A stretch of 64,000 bases of DNA from Candidatus Magasanikbacteria bacterium GW2011_GWA2_56_11 (GCA_001004885.1 LCRX01000004.1:11178-75177), one strand, 5' to 3'; counted from the first letter of the stretch, positions 1 to 10,069 are shown. Numbers and translations: made by a program. Notes: a model not told the origin generated them from the sequence alone.

Positions 1-1545
1 AACATGGTGATCATTCCTTGCTTTTCTTCGGCATACTTTTTTATTTCGTCGGCGCTGGCGCGGGAGTTGATAAGCGCCGTCAACTCCTTGTCTATCTCGA
101 GCACCTCGTAAATGCCGACGCGGCCTTTGTAACCGCTCGATTTGCAGCGCGAACAGCCGGCGCCGCGAAAGAAGCGGAGCGTTTCCAGGCTTTTTTCGCC
201 GGGTTCGAGCTTGATTCCGGCAGCGCCGTAAAGCGTGAGCAATTTTTTGGCGTCAAGCAGGCGGGAAAGTTCGGCGGTGGCCGATTTATCGAGAGGGTAC
301 TCCTGCTTGCAGTAGGCGCAGATTTTGCGCACCAGGCGTTGAGCAACGATAATATTGGCAGTAAAGGCAATCAGGAAGGCCGGAATATCCATGTCAGCCA
401 GCCGGGGGATGGTGGTGGGCGCGTCGTTGGTGTGCAGGGTCGAGAGCACCAAGTGCCCGGTCATGGCGGCGTGGATGGCAATTTCGGCCGTCTCTTGGTC
501 GCGGATTTCGCCGACCATGATGATGTCCGGATCCTGGCGCAAAAAGGCGCGCAGCCCCTAAAAGGGAGTAAAGAGTGGTGGTTTTGCCGCTGCCGGTGGG
601 GCCGGTAACAAGGACCATGCCGTGCGGTTTGGCGATGGCGCGCTCGACGATGGCCTTGGGACCGGGCAGAAAACCGAGTTCGTCCAAGGTGAGCGGTTTT
701 TGGCCTTCCTGCAAAACGCGCATGACGATTTTTTCGCCGTCATAGACCGGGATGATGGAAACGCGGAAGGACAGCTGTTCGTCGTGCAGTTTTATTTTGA
801 AGCGGCCGTCCTGCGGTATCATGTGCTCGTCAATTTTGAGATTGGCGAGAATTTTGAGGCGGGCGACAATGCCCTGGGCCACGCGCTCTGGCAGCTGCAT
901 GGCCTCGCGCAGGGCGCCGTCTACGCGGTAGCGCACGACAAGCGTGCTTTCCGTCGGCTCAATATGGATATCGCTCGCGCCTTCGTATATGGCGTGTTCG
1001 ATAACCGTATTGACGATGTTGACTGTCGGCGCTTCGGCGGCCAGTTTTTTGAGGTAGTCGGTGTCGCCGTGAGTAAGGCCTTCGGTAAGTTTGGTGATAA
1101 ATTTTTCGCCGGTGGTGTCGGTGTGGTAATTTTTTAGGCCCTCTTTGAGCTCGCGCGCCGCGGCCAGGTGGACTACCGGGGTGAGCCCGGTTTTGCGGCG
1201 CAGAAATTCGATGGTCTGGATGTCGGTAGGATCGGCCACGGCCACGAAAAGACCCTGGTCGTTTTTGTCGAAAGCGACAACTTGGTGGGTTTCGGCAAAT
1301 TCTCTGGGGATGGTGGTGAGGATTTCTTGCCTGATTTCTCTGTCTGACAAGCGAACCAGCGGAACGCCGAGGGCGGCCGCGGCTTTTTCGTAGAAAACGC
1401 CTTCCGGGACCAGGTTTTTGTCCACTACAACCGTCTCAAGCGGCAGACGCTCGGCGCGGGCGCTGGCAGCGGCCGACTCTATATCCGGCTCGGCCAGTTT
1501 GAATTCGGTCAGTAAAAGCGACCGCACGATATCGGTGGGAAGCAT
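1..1545 (-). pseudogene. pilB: GspE/PilB-family secretion/pilus assembly ATPase, interrupted by an internal deletion with frameshift at about 557; runs off the left edge
   Basis: N-part has ASDIHIEP, RYRVDG, PQDGR and Walker [14 protein letters not shown] different frame resumes directly at [20 protein letters not shown]...[13 protein letters not shown] and continues to [11 protein letters not shown]. Confidence 0.85.
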
Positions 1546-1680
1546 AGGAGGGGAATTGCAGGGGGTATAATAACACATCCGCACTAATAAAAAAACCGCC
1601 GGAAACGCGGTGTGGTGGTCCGGAACGGCGGCCGCTCCCGTCGGCGCACAGGGCGCTGGGTGCGGCCGCCGGTCCGGCGG

Positions 1681-1839
1681 TCAGAGGACCAGGTAGACGA
1701 GCAGGCCGACGAGGGCCAGGAAAGCGAAGAAGCGCATGCTGTCGTTCCAGACGACGAGCTCCTCGGCCCGGTCCGGCTCGAACGCTCTGTGCCCCAGGTC
1801 GTAGGCCTCGGACAGGGAGAGAGTCTTGCTCCTGATCAT
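1681..1839 (-). CDS. 52-aa small protein with C-terminal transmembrane helix (MIRSKTLSLSEAYDLGHRAFEPDRAEELVVWNDSMRFFAFLALVGLLVYLVL)
   Basis: Below the ORF-track cutoff and translated by hand. AGGAG SD before ATG, strongly GC3-biased codons, own promoter upstream. Confidence 0.7.
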   Translation of the reverse strand: MIRSKTLSLSEAYDLGHRAFEPDRAEELVVWNDSMRFFAFLALVGLLVYLVL

Positions 1840-1874
1840 GGGACTCCTTTTCCAGCGCCTGGGCTGGTTTAAAC

Positions 1875-1903
1875 ATATTAAGCTAGGTTTATATTTTCGT
1901 CAA
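1875..1903 (-). promoter_or_regulatory. sigma70-type promoter TTGACG-N17-TAATAT for the 52-aa ORF
   Basis: Near-consensus boxes with 17-nt spacer on the minus strand. Confidence 0.65.
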
Positions 1904-1992
1904 ATTGGCGCTTAGTTTGCAAGCGTTAAAAAAGGGCTTTGTACACACCAGTTTACATCACGTACGGCTTTCTCTATACTTTAAGATATAGA

Positions 1993-2154
1993 AAACTCAC
2001 AGCGGGTCCCCCCCCCCCCTTTTTCGCCTCAACGTATCCTTATTTTCGCGGCACCAAAACTCGCTCTTGTGGGGTAAGACATTGGTGCCGCGAAAATCAG
2101 GATACGTTTCGGCCAAAATTAGAAGATAATTGCTAATAGCTCACTATTCAGTTT
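1993..2154 (+). mobile_element. MITE-like repeat, copy 1 (most divergent; expanded poly-C)
   Basis: Colinear with the other copies. Ends are AAACT...AGTTT, and the internal stem AACGTATCCT/AGGATACGTT is compensatorily changed. Confidence 0.8.
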
Positions 2155-2169
2155 AAAAATATATTGACT

Positions 2170-2700
2170 ATGGTACCAAAATTTTTGGCTTTATTAAGCT
2201 TAATAATCATAATACCGGTATTGGCGCAGGCCCAAACCACGCCCGCGGTTACGACCACGCCGACCACCACTTATGAGCTGCCCACCACGACCGCGGCGGA
2301 TAGCGGCTCATTGTCCCCGACTACCGCGCCCGGACCGGTTATAGAGGACGACGGCGCTGGTGCGACAGTCGTGCCGGTAGGAACCCTGGTAGCAAAAGAC
2401 GACCCTTTTTCCCTGGATGAATTCGGCGACATCCTTAACCTGGGCGACGCCGAACTGCCGACGATTGTGGCGCGGCTGATCCGCGTTTTTTTGAGCCTGC
2501 TCGGCCTGGTGTTTTTTCTTATGATCCTTTATAGCGGCGTGCTTTGGCTGACTGCGGGCGGGGATGACGAGAAAGTGGGCAAAGCTCGGCGCACCCTCAT
2601 AAATGCGCTCATTGGACTAGTGATCATATTCGTCGCCAACAGCCTGGTGAGATTTCTTATCGACGCCCTGACCGAGGCGACGGGCGCAAACGGCGGATAA
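2170..2700 (+). CDS. TrbC/VirB2-like (T4SS_pilin-type) membrane protein with Thr/Pro-rich N-terminal region
   Basis: Signal peptide, then two hydrophobic helices around YSGVLWLTAGGDDEKVGKAR, the same motif as the 33.6-42.7 kb array. Confidence 0.8.
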   Translation: MVPKFLALLSLIIIIPVLAQAQTTPAVTTTPTTTYELPTTTAADSGSLSPTTAPGPVIEDDGAGATVVPVGTLVAKDDPFSLDEFGDILNLGDAELPTIVARLIRVFLSLLGLVFFLMILYSGVLWLTAGGDDEKVGKARRTLINALIGLVIIFVANSLVRFLIDALTEATGANGG

Positions 2701-2721
2701 AGCCGGTTAACCGTAATAATT

Positions 2722-3105
2722 ATGGAATCGCTTATTTTCTTTCTTGGCCGGGTTATATTCGGCGGGTACTTCGTTATCAACGCGATCAACCACTTTACAA
2801 AAACCGACCGGCTAGTCGGGTACGCTGAGTCCAAAGGCGTGCGCCGGGCGCGGGCGGCGGTGCTCGGCGCCGGACTCTTGATTCTTGGCGGCGGGCTGGG
2901 AGTGATCTTCGGCGTCTATGTGGACTTGGCGGCCCTGGCCTTGGCGTTGTTTTTGTTGCCGGTATCATACCGGATGCACGCATTTTGGCGGGAAACGGGC
3001 GAGGCGCGGATGATTGACCAGATAAATTTTAACAAGAACATGGCCCTGCTGGGGGCGGCGCTGATGATGAGCTACATCAGTGAACCCTGGCCATGGAGTC
3101 TATAG
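2722..3105 (+). CDS. DoxX-family membrane protein
   Basis: LGRVIFGGYF...INHF, HAFW and FNKNMALLGAAL motifs; four TM segments. Confidence 0.85.
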   Translation: MESLIFFLGRVIFGGYFVINAINHFTKTDRLVGYAESKGVRRARAAVLGAGLLILGGGLGVIFGVYVDLAALALALFLLPVSYRMHAFWRETGEARMIDQINFNKNMALLGAALMMSYISEPWPWSL

Positions 3106-3200
3106 CTTCTTGACGTTGTTTGGTCGGCAGAGAGGTAAAAGGGCAGTTTTGATTGACGCCCAAGTCGGCCAATGTTACGATACGTCCGTTATTTTCTTCT

Positions 3201-4061
3201 ATGGCGATAATCGGGGCACACGTGTCGGCCGCGGGGGGGCTCCACAATTGTTTCGCCAATGCCGAGGCGATCGGGGCCGAATGCCTGCAGATTTTTGGCG
3301 CTTCGCCGCGGCAGTGGACGGCCAATTTGCCAAGCGCCGCGGCGGTCAAACAGTTTAAGGCGGAGGAAAAACGTTCCGGGCTCGGACCGGTGTTTTTGCA
3401 TGCCGCTTATTTGGTCAATCTCGGGTCAAGTCTTTCTGAATTGCGTTCGAAATCAGTCGCCAGCCTGGCGTCGCACCTGAAAATCGTCGAGCTCATCGGC
3501 GCCCGGGGGCTGATTTTCCATATCGGTTCGGCCGGCAAGGGGAGCCGCCGCGAGGCGATCGAGCTGGTCGCCCATGGCATGAAATCGGTGCTCGACCGGG
3601 TGCCCGGCAAGGCGCAGCTGATAATGGAGAACGGCGCCGGCGGAGGCGGGAAACTCGGCGCGACGCCGGAGGAGATCGGAGAAATTTTCCGGCTGGTGAA
3701 AAACAAGCGGGTAAAGGTCTGCCTCGACACCCAGCACGCGTTTGCCGCCGGAGTTTTGGCTTCTTACAGCCCGGAGGAGATCAGGGCGACAGTGAAGCGT
3801 TTTGATGACGCTCTCGGCTGGGAGAATGTCGTCGCTCTGCACGCCAACGATTCGCAGAGCCGGTCCGGGTCGTTCCATGACCGGCACGAGAATATCGGCG
3901 AAGGATATATCGGGTTAGGGGGATTCAGAAATTTGGCCGCCGACCCGGACATAAACGGGCGGCCGTGGATTCTCGAGGTGCCGGGGTTTGCCAATGACGG
4001 GCCGGACGCTAGAAACGTAGCGATATTGAAGAAAATTTTTGGGCAGGCGGCCGCGGTCTAA
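3201..4061 (+). CDS. nfo: Endonuclease IV (AP endonuclease)
   Basis: IGAHVS, HAAYLVNL, MENGAG, CLDTQH, HANDS and DRHENIG metal-binding motifs; TTGACG-N17-TACGAT promoter upstream. Confidence 0.95.
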   Translation: MAIIGAHVSAAGGLHNCFANAEAIGAECLQIFGASPRQWTANLPSAAAVKQFKAEEKRSGLGPVFLHAAYLVNLGSSLSELRSKSVASLASHLKIVELIGARGLIFHIGSAGKGSRREAIELVAHGMKSVLDRVPGKAQLIMENGAGGGGKLGATPEEIGEIFRLVKNKRVKVCLDTQHAFAAGVLASYSPEEIRATVKRFDDALGWENVVALHANDSQSRSGSFHDRHENIGEGYIGLGGFRNLAADPDINGRPWILEVPGFANDGPDARNVAILKKIFGQAAAV

Positions 4062-4125
4062 GTTTGTGTTTGACAGACGAACAGAAACATGCCAGGATAC
4101 GTGAAACTTGGTTGGGAGGCAGAGC

Positions 4126-4308
4126 ATGCGGGAGGAAGTTTCCCTTGGGCCCACGACGGCAAACGAGTATCAACGCGCCAAGGAGGCGCTGGCGCAGTGG
4201 CGCGCCGAGCATCCCGGAAGCCGTGTAACCACTGCGGAAATCGAGCGCCGGGTTCGGACCCTGCCCTCGGGCCGGGTACAGTTCAGCTTCCTGGTGGTGC
4301 AATACTAG
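4126..4308 (+). CDS. 60-aa hypothetical protein
   Basis: GGGAGG SD before ATG, TTGACA-N17-CAGGAT upstream, GC3-rich codons. Confidence 0.6.
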   Translation: MREEVSLGPTTANEYQRAKEALAQWRAEHPGSRVTTAEIERRVRTLPSGRVQFSFLVVQY

Positions 4309-4581
4309 CCCGCCATCACCGTTTTCGCCGCCGTCCGCCCCTCCAAGGAGGCGGGGCCAGCACCATGCCCCGATACTTCTTATTATCGCCGCCCGACCGG
4401 GCGGATTTTTATTGGATAAAGTTGCCGCTGGCGGCGTCCGGAAGCAACTGGTAACTGGGGTGAGACCGGCGCGGCGTTGGTGTTTTCATGTTATACTGGC
4501 CGCAGCCAGATAAAAGTTTCCGCGGCTTTCATTCGCGCGCCGGTCTGAACCCGGTCGGTATTAATAATCGACACTCCATTT

Positions 4582-5145
4582 ATGAACGGTCTAGAAATGG
4601 GTTTGGTGGCGGTGGCGCTATCGCTGGATTCATTTGCCGTGGCGCTGTCCGCCAGCGCGGCCAGCCGGCGGGCGCCGGTTCTTCGCTTGGGACTGCTGGT
4701 TATCACTTTTGCTGCCACGCAGACCGGGCTCGCTTTTGCCGGCTGGCGATTGGGCGAGGGGATGGCTGTTTGGTTTGAACGGTTCGGGCCCTGGCTGGCG
4801 TTTGCCCTGCTGGCGGGAGTGGGGATGAAAATGATCCATGAATCGCTGACCAGCGGCCGGAAAGAGAAAAAGCCTCCGCGTGATTATTTGAAATTCACGG
4901 TGATAATTCTTCTGGCTTTGGCCACGAGCATTGACGCCTTTGCTGTTGGCATATCCTTGGCCCTGGTCGAGGCGTCGCGGGCGCTCTCACTTGTGGCCAT
5001 CGGCACGGCTACCGCGGTATTAGCCGGCGCCGGCGCCGGTTTGGGGCGGCGGTTCGGATCGGTTTTCGGCGACCGGGCGGGTGTTGCCGGGGGTTTGGTG
5101 ATTGTCGGGATCGGGGTGAAAATGCTGTTGCTTCATTTGTTTTAG
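4582..5145 (+). CDS. mntP: Manganese efflux pump MntP family
   Basis: ALSLDSFAV and LALATSIDAFAVG repeats; six TM segments. Confidence 0.9.
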   Translation: MNGLEMGLVAVALSLDSFAVALSASAASRRAPVLRLGLLVITFAATQTGLAFAGWRLGEGMAVWFERFGPWLAFALLAGVGMKMIHESLTSGRKEKKPPRDYLKFTVIILLALATSIDAFAVGISLALVEASRALSLVAIGTATAVLAGAGAGLGRRFGSVFGDRAGVAGGLVIVGIGVKMLLLHLF

Positions 5146-5201
5146 TTCCAGGACGCCGACTATACGATGCCTAAATGGTGGTGGAGGAGGGCGGCAAGGT
5201 A

Positions 5202-5384
5202 TTAGGCGATCTTTTTCCTCATCAGCTTTCTTTTTGGATCCCTTTTACTTCTCCTTTCCTTGGGGATGCCAGCCTTATTCTCCGCCGCGGCTTTTATGGC
5301 CGACGGGCCTTTGAACACTGTGGGATCGAAGCAGGGGAGACCGAAAGTATGCACCCTCGGTCTTTTCCGCGCTGTTTTTTTCAT
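5202..5384 (-). CDS. Possible small basic protein (MKKTARKRPR...)
   Basis: Open frame downstream of livF with AAGG before ATG; no recognisable domain. Confidence 0.3.
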   Translation of the reverse strand: MKKTARKRPRVHTFGLPCFDPTVFKGPSAIKAAAENKAGIPKERRSKRDPKRKLMRKKIA

Positions 5385-5454
5385 CCTTGTCTCTTTTCTG
5401 CCGCCCTCCACTTTTGCCTGGTAATTAACAGGCAAAAGCGGAGGGTACGAGGTT

Positions 5455-6180
5455 TTAGCCCTCGCCTAAAAATATCTCCTTGAGAATGGGATTATTTATC
5501 TGGTTGTTTTTTCCTTCATAAGCCACCTGGCCTTGTTTTAGGATATATACCCGGTCGGCAATGGACATGGCTGACCGGATGTTATGTTCCACCAACAACA
5601 CGGCTGTTGCGAAGCGGTTATTAATTTCTTTGATCTGGGCAAAAACTTCTTTGATTATTTTTGGTGCCAGTCCGATAGACGGTTCATCCAAGAGCAACAG
5701 CCGCGGCCGCGTCATTAGTCCCCGGCCGATGGCCAGTATTTGCTGCTCGCCGCCGGAGAGCCGCCGGGCTGGAGTTTTTCGATTTTCTTTCAGAATAGGG
5801 AACAGGGAGATGATGTCCGCAATTCGCTGTTTTTTTTCTTGTTTGTTTTTAAGGCTTAGGCCGCCTATTTCCAGGTTTTCTTCCACTGTCAGCCCTCCGA
5901 AGACCGCCTTGCCCTGCGGGACGTAAACTGCACCGCGCGAAAGCATCTCGTCCGGACGGGGGCGGACACGATTTTTCTGCCAGTGAACGCTCCCCCCCGA
6001 AACAGGGACCAAACCGAAGATGGCTTTCAAGACCGTGGATTTACCGGCCCCGTTCGGCCCCATGAGGGCGACTATTTCGCCGCGGTTGACATATAAATCA
6101 AGGCCGTCGATTACCCTGAGTTTTTTATAATCAACGCATAGGTCGCGCAATTGTATGAGGGAGCGGTTTCGTTTCGACAT
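5455..6180 (-). CDS. livF: Branched-chain amino acid ABC transporter ATP-binding protein
   Basis: GPNGAGKST, LSGGEQQ, LLLDEPSIGLAP. Confidence 0.9.
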   Translation of the reverse strand: MSKRNRSLIQLRDLCVDYKKLRVIDGLDLYVNRGEIVALMGPNGAGKSTVLKAIFGLVPVSGGSVHWQKNRVRPRPDEMLSRGAVYVPQGKAVFGGLTVEENLEIGGLSLKNKQEKKQRIADIISLFPILKENRKTPARRLSGGEQQILAIGRGLMTRPRLLLLDEPSIGLAPKIIKEVFAQIKEINNRFATAVLLVEHNIRSAMSIADRVYILKQGQVAYEGKNNQINNPILKEIFLGEG

Positions 6181-6216
6181 AGAGATTGATCCGGAATTAT
6201 TTTTACCTCGGGGGTT

Positions 6217-6948
6217 TTAATTCCCCAAGTACGCTGCTAGTACTTCCGGGCGGCTTAAGGTCTCGCCGGGCGGCCCGCCGGCTATGAGTTTGCCCCGGTC
6301 GAGAACATAGACGACGTCGCACAGCTCGCGGATTATTTTCAGGTTATGCTCTACGAGCATCACAGTCCGTCCGTCGGCGCGCGTTTTTTTCAACAGGGCG
6401 CTCACTTTGACGATTATTTCGGGAAACAGGCCGGCAAACGGCTCATCGAGCAGGATGATGTCTGCCGGAGCCGCCAAAACACGCGTTATCTCCAATAATT
6501 TGCGCTGGCCGTATGACAGCTCCCCGGCCGGCTTATAGGCCCAGTCTGCCAGTCCGGCTGCGCGCAAAATTTCGTTCGCCCGAAGGGCGAGGTTTTTTTC
6601 TGTCCGTCTGCTCAAAGAGCGGAAAAAACTTTTTTCGGACAAAGCCAGCAGAATGTTGTCGATCGTTGTCATTTGGTTGAACAGCCGGACACCTTGGAAG
6701 GTGCGCGCGATGCCGTAGCTGGCAATCCGGTGGGGGTTGACGTCCGCGAGGGCGCGGCCTTTAACTTTTATTTTGCCTTGGTCGCTTTTGCATATTCCCG
6801 ACAACAAATTCAGCAAAGTGCTTTTGCCCGAGCCGTTGGGCCCGATTATGCCGGTGATATTTCCGGCGGGCAGGGAAAGAGTCAAATTATCCACCGCTTT
6901 GACGGCAAAAATTTTTTTGGTGAGATCTTTTGTCTCGAGCGCGGCCAT
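6217..6948 (-). CDS. livG: Branched-chain amino acid ABC transporter ATP-binding protein
   Basis: GPNGSGKST, GIARTFQ, LSYGQRK, terminal AYLG. Confidence 0.9.
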   Translation of the reverse strand: MAALETKDLTKKIFAVKAVDNLTLSLPAGNITGIIGPNGSGKSTLLNLLSGICKSDQGKIKVKGRALADVNPHRIASYGIARTFQGVRLFNQMTTIDNILLALSEKSFFRSLSRRTEKNLALRANEILRAAGLADWAYKPAGELSYGQRKLLEITRVLAAPADIILLDEPFAGLFPEIIVKVSALLKKTRADGRTVMLVEHNLKIIRELCDVVYVLDRGKLIAGGPPGETLSRPEVLAAYLGN

Positions 6949-6949
6949 A

Positions 6950-7816
6950 CTAAATTTTATATTTACCCAAAAAACCTTGCGGCCGGAAAAACATCATCAA
7001 TATCAGCGCGGCGCCGTATATGATCTGCCGCAGATTGTCGGCCATGACCGCGGGCAGGCCCAGAAAACGCAGGCTTTCCGGCAAGGTTACCAGGATGGTG
7101 GCGCCCAGAAGCGAACCTTTGAGATCGGCCAGGCCGCCCAAAATTACCATCACTAAAATTAGTATTGATTCATTGATGTCAAACGAAGACGGGCTGACAT
7201 AGGTAACATAGGCAGCCAGTATCGAACCGGCAATAGCGGCCACGCCGCCGCTCACGGCAAGAGCAACGGTCTTAAAAAGGGTTGTGTTGTAGCCAAGCGT
7301 TGCCACGACTTCTTCATCTTCGCGTCCGGCCCGGAGTATGCGTCCGAACGGGGCGCTGGTAATATAGGCCAGTAAAGCGTAGACCAGGACGCAAATGAGA
7401 AACGCCAACAGGAAAACGGACAAGTGGCTGCGTAAAATATTATCTAAAATTGCCGGAGGGGGGATGCCGGCGATGCCGAGCGCCCCGCCGGTGATATTAT
7501 TCAAGTTGTTAAAGACGCTCGACATGATGATGACAAAACCCAAAGACGCGAGCAGGTAGTATTCGCCCTGTAAACGGTTCAAAACCAAGCCGATGACCAG
7601 AGCGCCGGCGGCGGCGATGGCGGCGCCAAAGAGCATCGAAGCGAAAAAGCCGGTATGATAATTTGCGGTCAAAATAGCGGTGGCATAGGCTCCGGTGCCG
7701 TAAAAAGCGGCGTGGGAAAGCGAATACCGTCCGCAGTACCCCACTACCAAATTTAAGCTGAGGCTGAGGATGCAGTAGATGGCGGCCATTATTCCCACGT
7801 GGGCCAGGTATTCCAT
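6950..7816 (-). CDS. livM: Branched-chain amino acid ABC transporter permease
   Basis: SLNLVVGYCG, SHAAFYGTGAY, MVILGG, RPQG motifs. Confidence 0.9.
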   Translation of the reverse strand: MEYLAHVGIMAAIYCILSLSLNLVVGYCGRYSLSHAAFYGTGAYATAILTANYHTGFFASMLFGAAIAAAGALVIGLVLNRLQGEYYLLASLGFVIIMSSVFNNLNNITGGALGIAGIPPPAILDNILRSHLSVFLLAFLICVLVYALLAYITSAPFGRILRAGREDEEVVATLGYNTTLFKTVALAVSGGVAAIAGSILAAYVTYVSPSSFDINESILILVMVILGGLADLKGSLLGATILVTLPESLRFLGLPAVMADNLRQIIYGAALILMMFFRPQGFLGKYKI

Positions 7817-7817
7817 A

Positions 7818-8675
7818 TTATTTCAGCGCACCTTCCGGCCGCAGCCGCAAAAAAATAATTAACAGGATAAACGTAATGGCCGGCTTCCATTCTCCGCCGA
7901 TCAGCCAGGCCCCCAGGTTTTCCGTCAGGCCCAAGACAACAGAGCCGACCAAAACGCCACCGAAACTGCCGAGCCCGCCGACGATCGCCCCGACAGTGCC
8001 TCCCATAAGCAGGTTGGTGCCCATGGCCGGCTTGAGTCCGGTGTCGAATCCGACTAAAATTCCGGCCAAACCGGCCAGTACGGAGCCGGCAAAAAAGGCC
8101 CGGCCGGCAATGGTTTCGGTTTTGATTCCCGCCGCCGCCGCCATTTCTTCGTTGTCGTTTAGCGCCCGCAGCTTTTTGCCCGCTCCGGTGAACCGGTATA
8201 CCGCGGCTAGGCCGAGAAAAATAAATCCGGACAAAACGACCATCAGGAGTTGCGGGCGCGTGACAATCGCCCCGGGCAAAATTAGACTTGATACGGTGGA
8301 ATAATTGCGGTAAAGCACCTGGAATTGGTTGGTGAAAAGCAGGGCGAGCGCCGATTGGAGCAGCACCATGAGGCCTAGGCTGGCGACCATAACAACTCCG
8401 GGCGACGAACCCCGGTGTTTCATGGGCTGAAAGATAATTTTATATGAGACTAACCCCAGCAGGCCGGCCGTTACAAGGGCTAGCCCGACTCCCACGCCGA
8501 CAGGTAAATGCCGCGTCCGGCTGAAGTACAGGACAGCGTAACCGGCGACCGTCGCCATTGAGCCGTGGGAGAAGTTAAAGAATCTGGTTGTTTTGTATTG
8601 CAAATAGAATCCCATGGCCATGAGAGCGTAGATTGAGCCCGAGATTAGGCTGTCGGCCGCTATTTGCCCTAACAT
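7818..8675 (-). CDS. livH: Branched-chain amino acid ABC transporter permease
   Basis: GSIYALMAMG, FNFSHG, IVGGLGS, RPEG motifs. Confidence 0.9.
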   Translation of the reverse strand: MLGQIAADSLISGSIYALMAMGFYLQYKTTRFFNFSHGSMATVAGYAVLYFSRTRHLPVGVGVGLALVTAGLLGLVSYKIIFQPMKHRGSSPGVVMVASLGLMVLLQSALALLFTNQFQVLYRNYSTVSSLILPGAIVTRPQLLMVVLSGFIFLGLAAVYRFTGAGKKLRALNDNEEMAAAAGIKTETIAGRAFFAGSVLAGLAGILVGFDTGLKPAMGTNLLMGGTVGAIVGGLGSFGGVLVGSVVLGLTENLGAWLIGGEWKPAITFILLIIFLRLRPEGALK

Positions 8676-8680
8676 ACAAC

Positions 8681-8836
8681 GAACTGGTAGCGAGTTATCA
8701 GCAATTCTATCCTAAGTCGAGCCGAAACAGAGACTGATTTTTACGGCACCAATGTCTGAGCCTGTAAGAGCGAGTTTTGGTGCCGTGAAAATCAGTCTCT
8801 GTTTGAGGCGAAAAGGGAGAAACTCGCTGTGAGTTC
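8681..8836 (-). mobile_element. MITE-like repeat, copy 2 (156 bp, flanked by AAC/AAC direct repeat)
   Basis: Reverse complement of the repeat, inside the liv operon 5 nt before the livH start; perfect 3-bp flanking duplication. Confidence 0.9.
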
Positions 8837-8852
8837 AACCTGATTTTAGAGA

Positions 8853-8883
8853 CAAAATATCCCGGGATGGCCGGGATATTTTG
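8853..8883. terminator. 13-bp hairpin after livK (terminator or mRNA-stabilising stem)
   Basis: CAAAATATCCCGG-gatgg-CCGGGATATTTTG. Confidence 0.7.
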
Positions 8884-8887
8884 GTTC

Positions 8888-10033
8888 TTACTCCTCCGCC
8901 ACGACTATCTTCCCGTCCCTAAATTCTTTTATCATGTAGTCGGCCGTGGCCAGATCGCCGTTTTTGTCCAGAGTATAGGAGTCAGCGATGCCCTGGTAGC
9001 CGTTTAGCTTGTACAGTCCGGATTTAATTTTGTCCGGGTTGTCTCCGGCGTCCTGCATGATTTTCGCCAGTATCTTGACCGCGTCATAACCGCGCGGGGA
9101 ATAGGCGTTGACGTTTTGCCCCTGGGGGGTTTTGTTCATGTCGTCAACAAACGTCTGGGGCAGCTGCCGATTGGCGATCACGGTATATTTTACGCCGTCG
9201 GCCAGACTGCCTAATGACGCGGCGATTTTGGGATCTTCCCAGACATCGCCGCCCAAAATCGGGGCGGTTACTCCCAGCTCTTTCAACTGTTTGAGGCCGA
9301 CCATTCCGGAGTTGACCATGCCGGGAAAGTACACCAGTTCCGGATCGGCGTCTTTAATTTTTAAAATTTCCGTGCGGTAATCCCGGCCGTCCGCTTTGAC
9401 GCCTTGTTCGGCCACAATTTCTCCGCCGAGGTCCGTGAATGTTTTGCGGAAGACATCCTTTACTCCAGCACTCCATTCGCTGTCATTGTTGAACAGAATG
9501 GCGACTTTCTTTTTATTGAGTTTTTGGTAGACATACTCCGCTACGTATTTGCCCTGAAAAGAGTCGGAGGCGATGAGGCGGAAGACGTAGTCGCCGGCAT
9601 CAGTGAGCTTGGGGTTGGTCGAAGCCGGGGACAGGAGCACTTTTTTGTTGTTTTCCGCCACCGGGGCGACGCCCAGGCTTTCGGTGGAACAAAGGGTAAG
9701 AATCACCGGCGTATTATCCGTCAGGATTAATTTATTGCCGGCGTTGAGGGCAGTCTTGGTGTCGCACTGGCCGTCCTCGGTAATGATCTCCAGGCGGCGG
9801 CCGTTGATTCCGCCGGCACTATTGACCTCGGATACGGCGATATTAAGGGCCGCCTGCATGTTTTCGCCGTAGCTCGCGGCGTCTCCGGTCATAGGGCCGA
9901 CAAAGCCGATCTTGATCGGGCCAGCTGTTTTGCCGGCGGCGGTGTTTTCGCCCGAACTGTTGCCGCAGCCGGCGCCGACCAGCATGAGAATCGCTGCCAC
10001 GGCCGCGGGGATGAAGAAAAGTCGTTTCTTCAT
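8888..10033 (-). CDS. livK: Branched-chain amino acid ABC transporter substrate-binding lipoprotein
   Basis: Lipobox VGAGC; IKIGFVGPMTG, GGINGRRLE, YVFR, GYDAV motifs. Confidence 0.9.
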   Translation of the reverse strand: MKKRLFFIPAAVAAILMLVGAGCGNSSGENTAAGKTAGPIKIGFVGPMTGDAASYGENMQAALNIAVSEVNSAGGINGRRLEIITEDGQCDTKTALNAGNKLILTDNTPVILTLCSTESLGVAPVAENNKKVLLSPASTNPKLTDAGDYVFRLIASDSFQGKYVAEYVYQKLNKKKVAILFNNDSEWSAGVKDVFRKTFTDLGGEIVAEQGVKADGRDYRTEILKIKDADPELVYFPGMVNSGMVGLKQLKELGVTAPILGGDVWEDPKIAASLGSLADGVKYTVIANRQLPQTFVDDMNKTPQGQNVNAYSPRGYDAVKILAKIMQDAGDNPDKIKSGLYKLNGYQGIADSYTLDKNGDLATADYMIKEFRDGKIVVAEE

Positions 10034-10069
10034 AGGGGTTGAAAATTAATTCGCTAAATTAACTGAAGA

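Noticed and set aside
2008-2019. Poly-C tract as a phase-variation switch
   Set aside because: It lies in a C/T-rich part of the repeat that varies among copies and is non-coding. Its length could be a sequencing error.
4440-4581. yybP-ykoY manganese riboswitch upstream of mntP
   Set aside because: Expected from context, but I could not find its conserved motifs. An Rfam scan would settle it.
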